Shown piece after piece: positions 9,765-19,472 of a DNA stretch of 64,000 nt (the first letter of the stretch is position 1; every line of letters starts with the position of its first letter). The notes beneath the pieces are model-generated. The model had not been told where the DNA came from, ran no database searches, and saw only the letters and a program-made list of their open reading frames with translations. The DNA lies in IMG/VR virus record IMGVR_UViG_3300011890_000001, positions 32,001 through 96,000 of that record. One strand, written 5' to 3'. The stretch comes from a virus (Duplodnaviria > Caudoviricetes). Position numbers and translations under genes: made by a program.

Positions 9765-11113
9765 GAGAATCACCACTCTGGAATGAAGTGGAAGCCATTG
9801 CGATCAGTAATCAAAAGATCGTACCAACGCGTTCCTTCCGAGCCCACTTTAAGGTAGGTGACGATCGAACGATCACCGCGACTAAAGTGATCTCCTGTGA
9901 GTTCTTCCGTGACTTTAAGGGCGCCTACGCTGATGAGGTGTTGTTGGAAGTGGCGTTCCCTATGGGTACGTTCCATTACGACATTTTCCCAAAGTGCAGG
10001 GACATTGAAATCACGCTGGAGTACCAAACCGTTCTTCCCAACGCTACTGATGACCTTGCTGCGTTGGAGATTCGCAGTCAGAAGTTTGTGGGTACGCTGC
10101 TGGATAAGTCCTCCAGCAGTGTAGTCGGTGCCAATATCTCGGCGGCCTCGCGTCGAGCGCTCGACATGCAAGGTCCGGTGACGGTAACCTTCCAGCTGTT
10201 GCATCCTGCACTGCGCGATATCCGCCTGCGTTCGGTGGGTGGCATTATCCGCAATACAACGCCTGCTGAGATCCTGAGGTACATCCTAACGACCGTCAGT
10301 AACGGACAGCAGTTGTCCGAAGACACGAAGGTCTTAGGTGTGGAAATGGTGGAGCCCAACAACACGGACGAATACTCCAACGTTGTTATTCCGCACGGAA
10401 CCAGGATCCAAGATATCCCTCCGTTCATCCAGAAAAAGGTCGGTGGCATTTATTCCACTGGCTTGGGGACTTATCTATATGGACAACACTGGCACGTTTA
10501 TCCTCTGTTTGACCTAACGCGCTTTGATAAAGCACGGCGAACTCTGACGATTATCAACATCCCAGAGAACGCAATGCCTGGTATAGAACATACCTACCGA
10601 ACGACTGCTAACCAAGTCATTATCCTGTTGACCGGTGCTGTGAAGCATTTTGATCTGACGGAGAATGCGCAGCTCAATCTCGGTAACGGTGTTCGATTCC
10701 TCGATGCGCGTCGCGTCGTTGACGGGTTCGTTGACGCCGCAGAAGGTGACAACAAAGCGGTGGCTAGTCGCGCAGAAAACAATCAGGAGTTCCTGGTTGA
10801 GTCGCGAGACGATAACGTCAATGCGGTGGTTACATCGCAAGCGCGTATCACAGCCAACACCTTCGAAGAACACTCGAAGTTGTCAAAACGCCTCGGTGCA
10901 GAAATTCAAGCGCTCTGGGAGAACTCAGACATCGATCTGATTGAACCCGGGATGCCCTTGAAGTTTTTGTATCTGAAGGACGACCGAGTCGCTGAACTGA
11001 AGGGCGTGGTGCTGGGAGCCCAGACCTACGTTCAGACGTCCAGCGTCGGCGTTACTGATCAGAGATATCGTGTTGATACCGCGCTCCACCTTTTTGTGGA
11101 ACGTGAAAGCTGA
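9755..11113 (+). CDS. virion structural protein, possibly baseplate hub-like
   Basis: 452-aa beta-rich ORF in the late operon; GGAGG RBS; hub assignment is inference. Confidence 0.5.
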   Translation: MELRESPLWNEVEAIAISNQKIVPTRSFRAHFKVGDDRTITATKVISCEFFRDFKGAYADEVLLEVAFPMGTFHYDIFPKCRDIEITLEYQTVLPNATDDLAALEIRSQKFVGTLLDKSSSSVVGANISAASRRALDMQGPVTVTFQLLHPALRDIRLRSVGGIIRNTTPAEILRYILTTVSNGQQLSEDTKVLGVEMVEPNNTDEYSNVVIPHGTRIQDIPPFIQKKVGGIYSTGLGTYLYGQHWHVYPLFDLTRFDKARRTLTIINIPENAMPGIEHTYRTTANQVIILLTGAVKHFDLTENAQLNLGNGVRFLDARRVVDGFVDAAEGDNKAVASRAENNQEFLVESRDDNVNAVVTSQARITANTFEEHSKLSKRLGAEIQALWENSDIDLIEPGMPLKFLYLKDDRVAELKGVVLGAQTYVQTSSVGVTDQRYRVDTALHLFVERES

Positions 11114-11137
11114 CTTCCAATAAGGAGAAATACAAAG

Positions 11138-11665
11138 ATGTCGACCGCTGCCAATGTGAAGGCTCTGCTGCTGCAGGGCATCAATGAACGCAACGTCCAC
11201 CAGTGGGCTGAAGGTGAACTGGATTTCGCTGCCCCGCAGGTGAGTGCTGTAGAGGGGTCCAATACCTCGGTCGAAGTTTCGGCCGTCGGTAACCCGCAGA
11301 TCGTGGGCGTGCAGGCAATCCTGTACAACCGCGTTGACCTGGCCTCCGCTGTGGATCCGATCGCTGGCGAAACCGGCACCGTGATCTCCATCGGCATGGA
11401 AACCACCATTCACGAGATCGTGCCGCAGGTTGCTGCTGCTTTCGGTCTGGTGCTTGCTGTGGAAGACATCGTTGACGGTCCGATTCCGGCCGCTGACGAA
11501 GTCACCGAAGTCATCACCGCTTCGCTGGTTGCCGAAGCTGGTTCGTATGCATGGATCGGTTCGCGTGAATTCAAGTTCACCCGCTCCGACATCCAGATCG
11601 AGTCCCTGATCCCGAACAACGTGGACAGTGGCCTGGACCTGGCTGACCTGCAGCCGGCTGGCTAA
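11138..11665 (+). CDS. virion structural protein (paralog of 28164-28682)
   Basis: Shared YNRxxLA, AxAGSxxxxG and C-terminal DxGL motifs; TAAGGAG RBS. Confidence 0.6.
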   Translation: MSTAANVKALLLQGINERNVHQWAEGELDFAAPQVSAVEGSNTSVEVSAVGNPQIVGVQAILYNRVDLASAVDPIAGETGTVISIGMETTIHEIVPQVAAAFGLVLAVEDIVDGPIPAADEVTEVITASLVAEAGSYAWIGSREFKFTRSDIQIESLIPNNVDSGLDLADLQPAG

Positions 11666-11685
11666 TACCGCCTCCGTAAGGAATA

Positions 11686-11730
11686 GCGGCATAAAGCCCC
11701 CTCCCTTCGGGGAGGGGGTCTTATGATGCC
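11686..11730. terminator. Bidirectional terminator between convergent genes
   Basis: GCGGCATAAA-ccccctccc-ttcg-gggaggggg-TCTTATG. Confidence 0.8.
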
Positions 11731-11737
11731 AAATTTT

Positions 11738-12172
11738 TTATTTGACGTTCAGCCACGGCCGCTTATCGGCCGGTACTGGATTCCACGGACTGGTGGAAAT
11801 GAATCGGTACTTGCTCAGGTCTCGACGAACGCAAGGCCGTCCCATCCGATTGTCCAGATAGAAGGCTTCGGTGTAGTCCGACGATACCACCTCACAAATA
11901 GCATGACCTTCGCCAGTCTCAACGTAGCAGACAACCAGGCGTGCATTGAAGCCGTGCTGCATCGCCTGATCCAAACAGACCAGAGCGAACTCCTCGCAGT
12001 CCCCAGTGAAACGAGTCACGCCAGTGCGGCCGATGTTCTTCAGAGTGGAAGAGTCTTCCCACTTCTCAACGAGACCATGCTTGTCTTTATCAGAGACGTA
12101 CGCGAACCGCTCCAGAATGCGCTGGTGGATGTCGCCGAGCGTGACGTAATCAGAACGAGTGAACCCAGCCAT
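11738..12172 (-). CDS. transglutaminase-like cysteine peptidase (BTLCP/C93-like) catalytic domain
   Basis: GDCEEFAL (Cys), GEGHAI (His) and YLDNR (Asp) triad motifs. Confidence 0.8.
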   Translation of the reverse strand: MAGFTRSDYVTLGDIHQRILERFAYVSDKDKHGLVEKWEDSSTLKNIGRTGVTRFTGDCEEFALVCLDQAMQHGFNARLVVCYVETGEGHAICEVVSSDYTEAFYLDNRMGRPCVRRDLSKYRFISTSPWNPVPADKRPWLNVK

Positions 12173-12333
12173 TAGCATGCACCTCCACGTGCGCGAAGAT
12201 CGACGCAGCCCGGAGGCGGCGCAGTTTCAGTAGTGGTGGTCAGTGGCGCATCGCCCTTTATCTGCTCGGACGCACATCCCGTCAGACCACCCACGATCAG
12301 GGTAAAAACAAACGCGGCTATAAACGCTTTCAC
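12172..12333 (-). CDS. 53-aa lipoprotein (not in the ORF track)
   Basis: GTG start with GGAG RBS; MKAFIAAFVFTLIVGGLTGC lipobox; its TAA overlaps the ATG of the peptidase. Confidence 0.75.
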   Translation of the reverse strand: MKAFIAAFVFTLIVGGLTGCASEQIKGDAPLTTTTETAPPPGCVDLRARGGAC

Positions 12334-12455
12334 GACCAAACTCCAATGCAGGGGTAGAAATCTATAAGATGACGTATTCTTATACGGCGAAGTTTCTTGC
12401 TATGTATTGCGTCTAGGCTTGCCTGCCGCTCAAACTGAACAAGGAACACGATCCA

Positions 12456-13157
12456 ATGACGTACGCTGAACAATTGAAATACATGAAGGGTTTCTTCTTT
12501 GCCATCGAAGGACCGGACTATAGCGGTAAGAGTACGCAGATCAAAAAGCTGATCAACTCAATCGAAGCCAAGGGCGCGCCTTACGTACTGGTGCGTGAGC
12601 CCGGCGGTACTGAGTTTGGCGAAGCCATGCGTAACAACATCTTCAAGTACTTCGGCAAGGTCAGCCCGGTATCCGAAGCACTGTGTCTGTTGGCCGCAAA
12701 AGCCGAACTGATTCAGAAGGTCATTCGCCCGGCCATGGCGGAAGGTAAGATCGTCATTGCCGATCGCTACACGCCGTCTCTGTATGCCTACCAGGGCGGT
12801 GGTCATTGTCTAGGTAAGACGTATATCGACGGACTGGTCAACGCACTGGGTAATGTACATCTCTACCCGGACGTCACTGCTCTGTTGCAGATCTCCGTCG
12901 CCGACGCTGAGAAGCGCCGTGCTGAGCGCGGTATCGAGAACAGCATCGACGCTGCCTCTGCTTCGTTCCGCCAGAACGTCATCATCGCGTACAACCAACT
13001 GCCGACCTATTTCCCGAACTGCGTAAAGGTTCGCTCGGGTTTGTCGGAAAAAGACACGCACAGTGAAGTGGTGAAGATCTTCAATCACGCCTTCGGTGCA
13101 AAACTTGCACGTGCCGCCGAGAACGATCCCAAGACTACCGTTGTCGTTTCTGAATAA
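12456..13157 (+). CDS. tmk: thymidylate kinase
   Basis: FAIEGPDYSGKSTQ P-loop, REPGGT, ADRY..S..AYQGGG. Confidence 0.95.
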   Translation: MTYAEQLKYMKGFFFAIEGPDYSGKSTQIKKLINSIEAKGAPYVLVREPGGTEFGEAMRNNIFKYFGKVSPVSEALCLLAAKAELIQKVIRPAMAEGKIVIADRYTPSLYAYQGGGHCLGKTYIDGLVNALGNVHLYPDVTALLQISVADAEKRRAERGIENSIDAASASFRQNVIIAYNQLPTYFPNCVKVRSGLSEKDTHSEVVKIFNHAFGAKLARAAENDPKTTVVVSE

Positions 13158-13169
13158 CAAGGACTACCG

Positions 13170-13712
13170 ATGTATACCCCGCCACTCACGGGAGTTCAGC
13201 GCTGCCAGTTTCTGGAAACGCAGAACCGCAGTCAGAAATCCATCGTCCTGAACGCCGTTGACGAAATCGTCATGGCTGCTGCGTGCCTATATGCCATCGT
13301 TGAGGACGCCAACGATCGAGATGAACTACCGACGGACATTGGCACACTGTCAGTGATGCTGGGTGCGCTTACCACAAATGCTGCGCGCATTAACGCAGTC
13401 GCCCTACCCAAGGGTAGCGTTAACCCCGAAGAAGTCTACGCAGATAGCCAACTGCAGTCGTGGTACCCAACCATGCGTGAGGCGATGCAACAGAAAGAGA
13501 AATACCGAGAACTCGGTCTTCTTTCCGGCATAGGGTCGGCCACGGTGGGCACTTCGCCAATGTACCATCTCTTCAGTCCCACTCCTCAGACGAGCCTGGA
13601 CATGAAGTTGAAGTTCAAAGCCAACGAGTTCATGCCGGTGTTGGACGCAGCATTCCCCACCATCCGCAGTTACTTCGAAACCATTCCCAACAGTTTGAGG
13701 ATCCTCAGATGA
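13170..13712 (+). CDS. hypothetical protein
   Basis: AAGGA RBS; ATGA overlap with the next gene. Confidence 0.7.
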   Translation: MYTPPLTGVQRCQFLETQNRSQKSIVLNAVDEIVMAAACLYAIVEDANDRDELPTDIGTLSVMLGALTTNAARINAVALPKGSVNPEEVYADSQLQSWYPTMREAMQQKEKYRELGLLSGIGSATVGTSPMYHLFSPTPQTSLDMKLKFKANEFMPVLDAAFPTIRSYFETIPNSLRILR

Positions 13713-14668
13713 GTCAGCGTCACGTCTGTTATTACCACGACGATTGTTTTGACGGTACAGCAGCAGCCCTGGTGGCCAAGCTTGCAGTGCCGGATGTGGT
13801 TCTGATTCCAGCCAACTATGGCGACGTTCCGACGGTGGCAGACGTGTCCGGTGCTGTGGTTTACGTAGTGGACTTTAGTTTCAGTGACGAAGCATTCGAA
13901 CTGCTTCTGACCCACGCTGAACGTATCGTCGTATTGGATCACCACCCCACCGCACTTCCTCTTATTCGGCGCGCTGCTGAACTGGCGAAGGTACTCTCAC
14001 CGGAGAGCATTTTCAAGTACAGTGAGGAAAACAGCGGTGCCCACATTGCGTGGTCGCATTTCTTCCCAGAGCGCTTCGTCCCTCCTTTCATCAACCACGT
14101 TTCCGACCGAGACACCTGGAGCTTCACCCGCGACGGCACGCGCGACGTCATGGCAGGCGTCTCCGTGTTGAAGAACTGTCCTGAAGCCTGGTACCGGGAA
14201 ATGGGCTTTGATGCGACCATGGATATTGGTGAAATCGAAAAAGTCATTCATCTGCACTGTACTCGGTTTCTGAAGGACGGTCCGATCATCCGGGCTAAGG
14301 AATCTACCATCATCGATGCGTTGCTGAAAAATAACATTCGGCACCGAAGCTCCGGTTATCGCTGTAAAGAAGATTCCGCCACTTACGAACGACGACTGTC
14401 TTACGCCTTGGTCAATATCCCGAGGCAATTTACCTCGGATGGACTGGCATATATCCTGAGAACGGACCCGACTGTCGACTTTGCCGTGGGGTACTATATC
14501 GACGGTAAGGGCGTTTATCGCTACTCACTGCGTTCGAGGAAAACGGGCGATGTAGACGTCTCCCTGATCTGTGCGCGCTACGGCGGTGGCGGGCACTTCA
14601 GTGCGGCTGGATGTTCCTATGATCCGACTAAGGATCCGTACGGAGACGCAGGCCACCCCTTCATCTGA
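13709..14668 (+). CDS. DHH/DHHA1 family phosphoesterase
   Basis: YHDDCFDG, VVDFS, LDHH, SLRS, GGGGHFSAAG. Confidence 0.9.
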   Translation: MSQRHVCYYHDDCFDGTAAALVAKLAVPDVVLIPANYGDVPTVADVSGAVVYVVDFSFSDEAFELLLTHAERIVVLDHHPTALPLIRRAAELAKVLSPESIFKYSEENSGAHIAWSHFFPERFVPPFINHVSDRDTWSFTRDGTRDVMAGVSVLKNCPEAWYREMGFDATMDIGEIEKVIHLHCTRFLKDGPIIRAKESTIIDALLKNNIRHRSSGYRCKEDSATYERRLSYALVNIPRQFTSDGLAYILRTDPTVDFAVGYYIDGKGVYRYSLRSRKTGDVDVSLICARYGGGGHFSAAGCSYDPTKDPYGDAGHPFI

Positions 14669-14736
14669 CGGCGCGGTTAGACCAATCATATGTCGCCTCT
14701 CTAAAGAGGCGCCATTGGTCGCCCCAAGGAAGTTCG

Positions 14737-15402
14737 ATGAGTGAAGCAGAGAGCAAGAATCTTAGTGCGGGAGATTGGTCGTTCGTAACCGGCTATGCCT
14801 ATTACAACGCCGCAATCATTGTTATAGCTCTTGTGGCACTTACACTAACTCAGCCGTCCGAGCTTTACTTCGTATTGACGTTTTTGTTTCTACTCGCCGT
14901 CTATGGCGGGGTCTGCTATGGTGCTACTCGCTTTTACGATAACCACGCCAGGCTTGAGAAACTAAAGGCCTACGGGGAAAGTCGGAATAGGCTACTGGTT
15001 CTTGAGACGGCGCGGCTGGAAAGTGAGATAATCAACCTGAAAGCCAACGCAGAAGAAGCGAGTCAGAAAATCTACCTGGCCGAAGAAGCCACCCGCATAC
15101 AGGCGGGTAGAGTCCTAGTCTCCAGAGCGGCGATCCTTCGCCTACTCACCCGTACCGACACCTATGTCGTCCTGGCGGAGAAAGGCACTGATAGGTTTCA
15201 GCTCACCGTAAGACATGGCGTCGTTATTCATCAGACTGACGTTGAGCGCAACGTTGTTGCGCTGGCCAGTATGATTGAGTATCGCCACCCCAACTCGGCA
15301 CCACAAGATCCCATCCACCCTATCGTTAAGCGACACAAGAATCTGGAGCAACTTTGCGACGCGGTTTTTGACGTGACGACTGAAACGAAGTCCACTTGGT
15401 AA
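14737..15402 (+). CDS. membrane protein (2 TM + coiled coil)
   Basis: Two N-terminal hydrophobic helices. Confidence 0.6.
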   Translation: MSEAESKNLSAGDWSFVTGYAYYNAAIIVIALVALTLTQPSELYFVLTFLFLLAVYGGVCYGATRFYDNHARLEKLKAYGESRNRLLVLETARLESEIINLKANAEEASQKIYLAEEATRIQAGRVLVSRAAILRLLTRTDTYVVLAEKGTDRFQLTVRHGVVIHQTDVERNVVALASMIEYRHPNSAPQDPIHPIVKRHKNLEQLCDAVFDVTTETKSTW

Positions 15403-15409
15403 TCAGGCC

Positions 15410-15634
15410 ATGAAAGCCTTTTTTGTAAACCGAATGAAGAGCGGTAGCTTGTCAATTGATCTTGCCGTCCTCTCTTCGTTGGCGTACATGTTAGCCGTTT
15501 CACTAATCTTGCAGATGCATCGCGGCGATTTCAAGATGGTGTTGATCGGCTATAGTGCCGTTACGATACCGTATGTCTTTGGTCTGTTCGCCTTTCTCTG
15601 CGCCCGGCTTGAGCGTCACGCTCATCATCAGTAA
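15410..15634 (+). CDS. small 2-TM membrane protein (holin-like size)
   Basis: 74 aa, two hydrophobic helices, upstream of the endolysin but separated from it by a terminator at 15650-15687. Confidence 0.5.
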   Translation: MKAFFVNRMKSGSLSIDLAVLSSLAYMLAVSLILQMHRGDFKMVLIGYSAVTIPYVFGLFAFLCARLERHAHHQ

Positions 15635-15726
15635 CGGCTATGCCACGGTCCCCTCCTGTGCCGCTAAGGCACAGGAGGGGCTTATGGTGTCATCCTATGT
15701 TACCCGACTAACTTAGGAGTAAAACC

Positions 15727-16560
15727 ATGTTGATTCGATTGAACGATCGCGGTGTTGCTGTGAAGACGATCCAGCAAATGCTAGGTATCACCGCCGATGG
15801 TCATTTCGGCCCGGCCACGTTGACTGCGGTGCAGAACTTCCAGCGTTCCGTCGGCTTGGTGCCGGACGGCATTGTTGGCCCTGGCACCTTGGCGGCACTG
15901 CAGGCCAAGCCGACGCGTGTCAACGTACTGACCCAGGCTGACTATGTGCGCGCTGGTGAAATTCTCAAATGTCACCCAGGCATGGTAGAAGCCATCGCGC
16001 TGAAAGAGACCCGCGGTCAGCCGTTTCTGAGCGATGGTCGTCCCGCTATTCTGTTTGAACGTCACATCTTCTACAAGCGGATGAACGTTGTACGTAAGGC
16101 AGGTGTCACACAGGCGCAGCAGTCGGCTCTGCGCAACGCAGCCTTTGCCCAGTCTCCGGATATCTGTAACCCGGTGTCTGGCGGCTATAAGGGCGGTCTG
16201 GCTGAGCACGCACGTCTGGAACGCGCTATCAAATACTCCGAGACTGCGGCGCTTGAGTCGGCCTCTTGGGGCCAGTTCCAGGTCATGGGTTTCAATGCCG
16301 TGGCTATCGGTTACAGCTCAGTTCAGGAGTTCGTCACCCTGATGGGTAAGGACGTCCAAGAACACCTGCTGTCCCTGGTGCGTTTTATCCTGAGCACCCC
16401 GCAGGCACTTCGCGGTATTCGTGAGCAGGACTTCCCCAAGCTCGCAGCCGCCTATAACGGCCCCGCCTACGCGAAGAACAATTACGACAAGGACCTGAGC
16501 AAGCTCTTTAATCAGGTCAAGGGTAAGTACGACGGAGTGGTCAGTGTCTCGCGCATTTGA
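15727..16560 (+). CDS. modular endolysin: PG-binding domain + N-acetylmuramidase (DUF3380-type)
   Basis: ADGHFGPAT..AVQNFQ..GL.PDGIVGPGT; ILFERH; SASWGQFQVMGFN; YNGPAY. Confidence 0.93.
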   Translation: MLIRLNDRGVAVKTIQQMLGITADGHFGPATLTAVQNFQRSVGLVPDGIVGPGTLAALQAKPTRVNVLTQADYVRAGEILKCHPGMVEAIALKETRGQPFLSDGRPAILFERHIFYKRMNVVRKAGVTQAQQSALRNAAFAQSPDICNPVSGGYKGGLAEHARLERAIKYSETAALESASWGQFQVMGFNAVAIGYSSVQEFVTLMGKDVQEHLLSLVRFILSTPQALRGIREQDFPKLAAAYNGPAYAKNNYDKDLSKLFNQVKGKYDGVVSVSRI

Positions 16561-17296
16561 AGTCGTCGACGCAGAAGGGTCGGAGAGAAACTGGGAAGAA
16601 CTCGACGTTTCGTTCGAAAAGGTCATGCTGGCAAGTGAGCGAAAAACCACCAAACGTCAAAAAGTTCTTTTGATGCTCTTGGGCGGTTTCGGCTATATGC
16701 CAAAGATGTCCTTTGATTTGGAGGACGTGGATCGAAAGCGTGTGGACAAGATGATGCGCCACACCAAGCATCTAAAGACAATTGCCGATTGGATTAATGT
16801 GCCCAGTCAGGAACTCTTGCCGGCGTTACTGGAAGCTAAGCGGGCGCTTGAGCCGCTGCAGAAAAAGGTCAACTACGGAAAGATCTTCCGGGGCTTTAGC
16901 CCCAAGAATGCCGATCAGGAACACATGGGTCTGTCGCGGGCCGGATGGTTTGGACCCAAGCCGTCCGACTTTAGAGTCGGTGATAAGTTCTCGTATGTTG
17001 GTAAGCGCGCTCTTTCTTTTACGCACTTTGAGAACGTTGCGCCGACTTTCGGTAATGTAATCGTATCTATCGACTACCAAAAAAACAAGCACCGTCTATT
17101 CAGTATCGATTACGATATCCTCACGGCCGTGGAACTGATGGACGATCCAGACCTCTACGCCTCGAAGACCGACGAATCGAATCGATGGAAACTCAAGCAC
17201 TTCATGACGTATGGCGAACTGATCTATTTGCCTGACGGCAAGCCACTGGAGTATCGGGTTGAGTCGCGTCCAGGATCCAAGAAAACAAAAGAGTGA
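16544..17296 (+). CDS. putative ADP-ribosyltransferase-fold protein (paralog 1)
   Basis: IFRGF...LSFT....APTFG...YGELIYLP pattern; paralogous to the next ORF. Confidence 0.5.
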   Translation: MSRAFEVVDAEGSERNWEELDVSFEKVMLASERKTTKRQKVLLMLLGGFGYMPKMSFDLEDVDRKRVDKMMRHTKHLKTIADWINVPSQELLPALLEAKRALEPLQKKVNYGKIFRGFSPKNADQEHMGLSRAGWFGPKPSDFRVGDKFSYVGKRALSFTHFENVAPTFGNVIVSIDYQKNKHRLFSIDYDILTAVELMDDPDLYASKTDESNRWKLKHFMTYGELIYLPDGKPLEYRVESRPGSKKTKE

Positions 17297-17301
17297 AGAC
17301 C

Positions 17302-17931
17302 ATGTCAATGAATTTAGGGTTGGAACGAATAGAGTTCAACCATAAGCGGAATGAACTAAACCTACTTGCGAAGTTTTACAGTAGATTTAAGTTCAAGGTC
17401 TTTAAAATACAAGACCTCACTTACGAGGAAGAGGACGTCGACCTTAAGGTGGTGGAGCGACTTACTCATCACGTTGAAGAGCTTGAAGCAATCGAGGCTT
17501 GGATCGATTGGCCTAACCCGGAACTCACCAAGAAGCTTTGGTCGGCTAGATCGAAATTTGGAAGCCATCTAAATGGCTGGCTAGGGGTCGATCTTTACCG
17601 CGGGTTTAGCCTCAAGGGGAGCCAGAACACAATGGGACTTAGTGACAGACCGAGAGTCGGCGACCGGTTCGAACTACAACAGTCCGTCCCATTGTCCTTT
17701 AGTCACGTGCGTGGCATTGCCGAAGATTTCGGCACCATTGTCGTTCGTCTAAAAGGAAATAAGTACCGCCATAGAGCCCTACCGCTCACCCCGGATATTT
17801 TGGAGGCCGTAGACAAGTTGGCCAAGTGGGACGGTTTCGAGAAATCAAAACGAAAGTGTCTCGAAGCTGAAACGATCATACTGCCCGCCAAAGAACCTCT
17901 CGAACTGGAAGTAGTCCACGTCGGCAAGTAA
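17302..17931 (+). CDS. putative R-S-E ADP-ribosyltransferase (paralog 2)
   Basis: LYRGF...LSFS....AEDFG...EAETIILP; N-terminal GLE motif; alternative GTG start at 17293. Confidence 0.6.
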   Translation: MSMNLGLERIEFNHKRNELNLLAKFYSRFKFKVFKIQDLTYEEEDVDLKVVERLTHHVEELEAIEAWIDWPNPELTKKLWSARSKFGSHLNGWLGVDLYRGFSLKGSQNTMGLSDRPRVGDRFELQQSVPLSFSHVRGIAEDFGTIVVRLKGNKYRHRALPLTPDILEAVDKLAKWDGFEKSKRKCLEAETIILPAKEPLELEVVHVGK

Positions 17932-18100
17932 AATAATGACCCACAGCCCCCGCCCTTAACGGGCGGGGGCTGTATGGGCTAAATTTTTTCAACACCATAC
18001 TATCCCTCAGGTAGTTCGGATGCCTTACGTATTTTTTACATGGGTATCTCCATCTATTATACCCCCGCCCTTAACGCACTCCAGTAGGTCACAGAAAAAG

Positions 18101-18397
18101 ATGAACGCAACCGTACCTGGTAAGATCACCGTAGGTCGTCTGAAGTTCGAAGCCCCAAAGCCCAAGCGAGCGGTGGTGCTGGTAATCGATCGGACGCAGT
18201 ACGAGCACCATCCGAACCCGGATCTGGCAAAGCTCGTCGACAAGACCCTCCTGAACAATCCGCAGTTCCGCAAGGTATCTCTTACCGAGCAAGATTTCAT
18301 GGCCTCGATCACTTACTACGATCGACTGCCGTTGGCTGTCACTGGCGATCTCCCCTACGTCGACTGGGACGAACACCGCGCCAAGATTGCGCACTAA
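18101..18397 (+). CDS. hypothetical protein
   Basis: ORF with phage-like codon usage after the terminator at 17944-17977. Confidence 0.6.
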   Translation: MNATVPGKITVGRLKFEAPKPKRAVVLVIDRTQYEHHPNPDLAKLVDKTLLNNPQFRKVSLTEQDFMASITYYDRLPLAVTGDLPYVDWDEHRAKIAH

Positions 18398-18409
18398 GAG
18401 AAAGGCCCT

Positions 18410-19009
18410 ATGGATTACAATAGACGCTTTGTGACCATCGTCGGTAGTAGGGAAACCCCAGAGCTGGAGCTTTCCTTATTGCGACATGTCGGTAAAGTTC
18501 TTTGTGACCGCGGCATCGTTGTTGTGTCAGGCGATGCCGATGGGGCCGACCTAGCTGGCTATGAAGGCGCTGCCTCGTCGGATCGCTATACGGCCGACAG
18601 TGCGCGCATCTACCTGGCAAGACACCATGTCGTCTATAAGGACTCTGGACGAGAAAGGTTTGCCGATGGACGAACCTTTATCAACGCCACCAAGCTCCCC
18701 AATTACGAAGAGGCTAAGAAGCTCGCCTTTGAGGCCAGGGGCTCGTTTGAGGGCCTAGGGTGGGGTGGTATCGCGCTCCACACCAGAAACGCGTACCAGG
18801 TCCTTCTGGACGACTTGCGGCACCCTGTCAATTCTTTGATCTGTTATGCAAAGACGATAGGCAAGAAAGGAAATGTGCGCGGCGGCACCAACACTGCGCA
18901 CCGCATTGCTTTAAACCACAACGTACCGATCCTCAACATCTACGAGGGGGATCAGTTCGAACGGTTAGTTAACTATTGCGAAAGAATGGGGGATCCATGG
19001 CAACTGTAG
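18410..19009 (+). CDS. SLOG/DprA-like Rossmann-fold protein
   Basis: TIVGSRETP, VSGDADGAD, RNAYQVL, GGTNTA. Confidence 0.8.
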   Translation: MDYNRRFVTIVGSRETPELELSLLRHVGKVLCDRGIVVVSGDADGADLAGYEGAASSDRYTADSARIYLARHHVVYKDSGRERFADGRTFINATKLPNYEEAKKLAFEARGSFEGLGWGGIALHTRNAYQVLLDDLRHPVNSLICYAKTIGKKGNVRGGTNTAHRIALNHNVPILNIYEGDQFERLVNYCERMGDPWQL

Positions 19010-19458
19010 TTGATGCGGCAAAAGTCGACATTTCCCGACTGGGTACCGACACAGCCTATCTGGTCTATCAGCAAAACATCCGACTGTTCTACGAGCGCTT
19101 TTTCGACCTGGCGGTTGTGTCGCCGGTGTTTCTGGCGCTCTCGGTAGGCGTGTTGTGCCACCTGGTGAGTAGTGGGACAGGGCTGAGCGGTCTTAGTGCC
19201 GCTGCGCTCCTGCTCTTTGTGGGACTGCTGTTTTTCGTCATCAGTCCGGCCGCTGATCTTTGGTCGGCCCGCGCCGAGGTCATCCGCTTCGAGACGTCCG
19301 GTGCGTTGAAAGCAGCTTACGAGCGCCGCCATAACGAATCGTGGGATCGCGAAGAGCAAAAAGACAACCTCTATCACACCCATGCCAGCAATGTGTACTG
19401 CGGGCGTTACAGGTGTTTGATGTGGCTGGGTTTCCGGGTATTCTTCAAACGAGACTGA
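18997..19458 (+). CDS. 2-TM membrane protein
   Basis: Two hydrophobic helices. Confidence 0.6.
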   Translation: MATVVDAAKVDISRLGTDTAYLVYQQNIRLFYERFFDLAVVSPVFLALSVGVLCHLVSSGTGLSGLSAAALLLFVGLLFFVISPAADLWSARAEVIRFETSGALKAAYERRHNESWDREEQKDNLYHTHASNVYCGRYRCLMWLGFRVFFKRD

Positions 19459-19472
19459 CGAAGGAGTGACGC

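Noticed and set aside
15410-15634. Holin call
   Set aside because: Size and topology fit, but a terminator separates it from the endolysin and many similar 2-TM ORFs occur in the window
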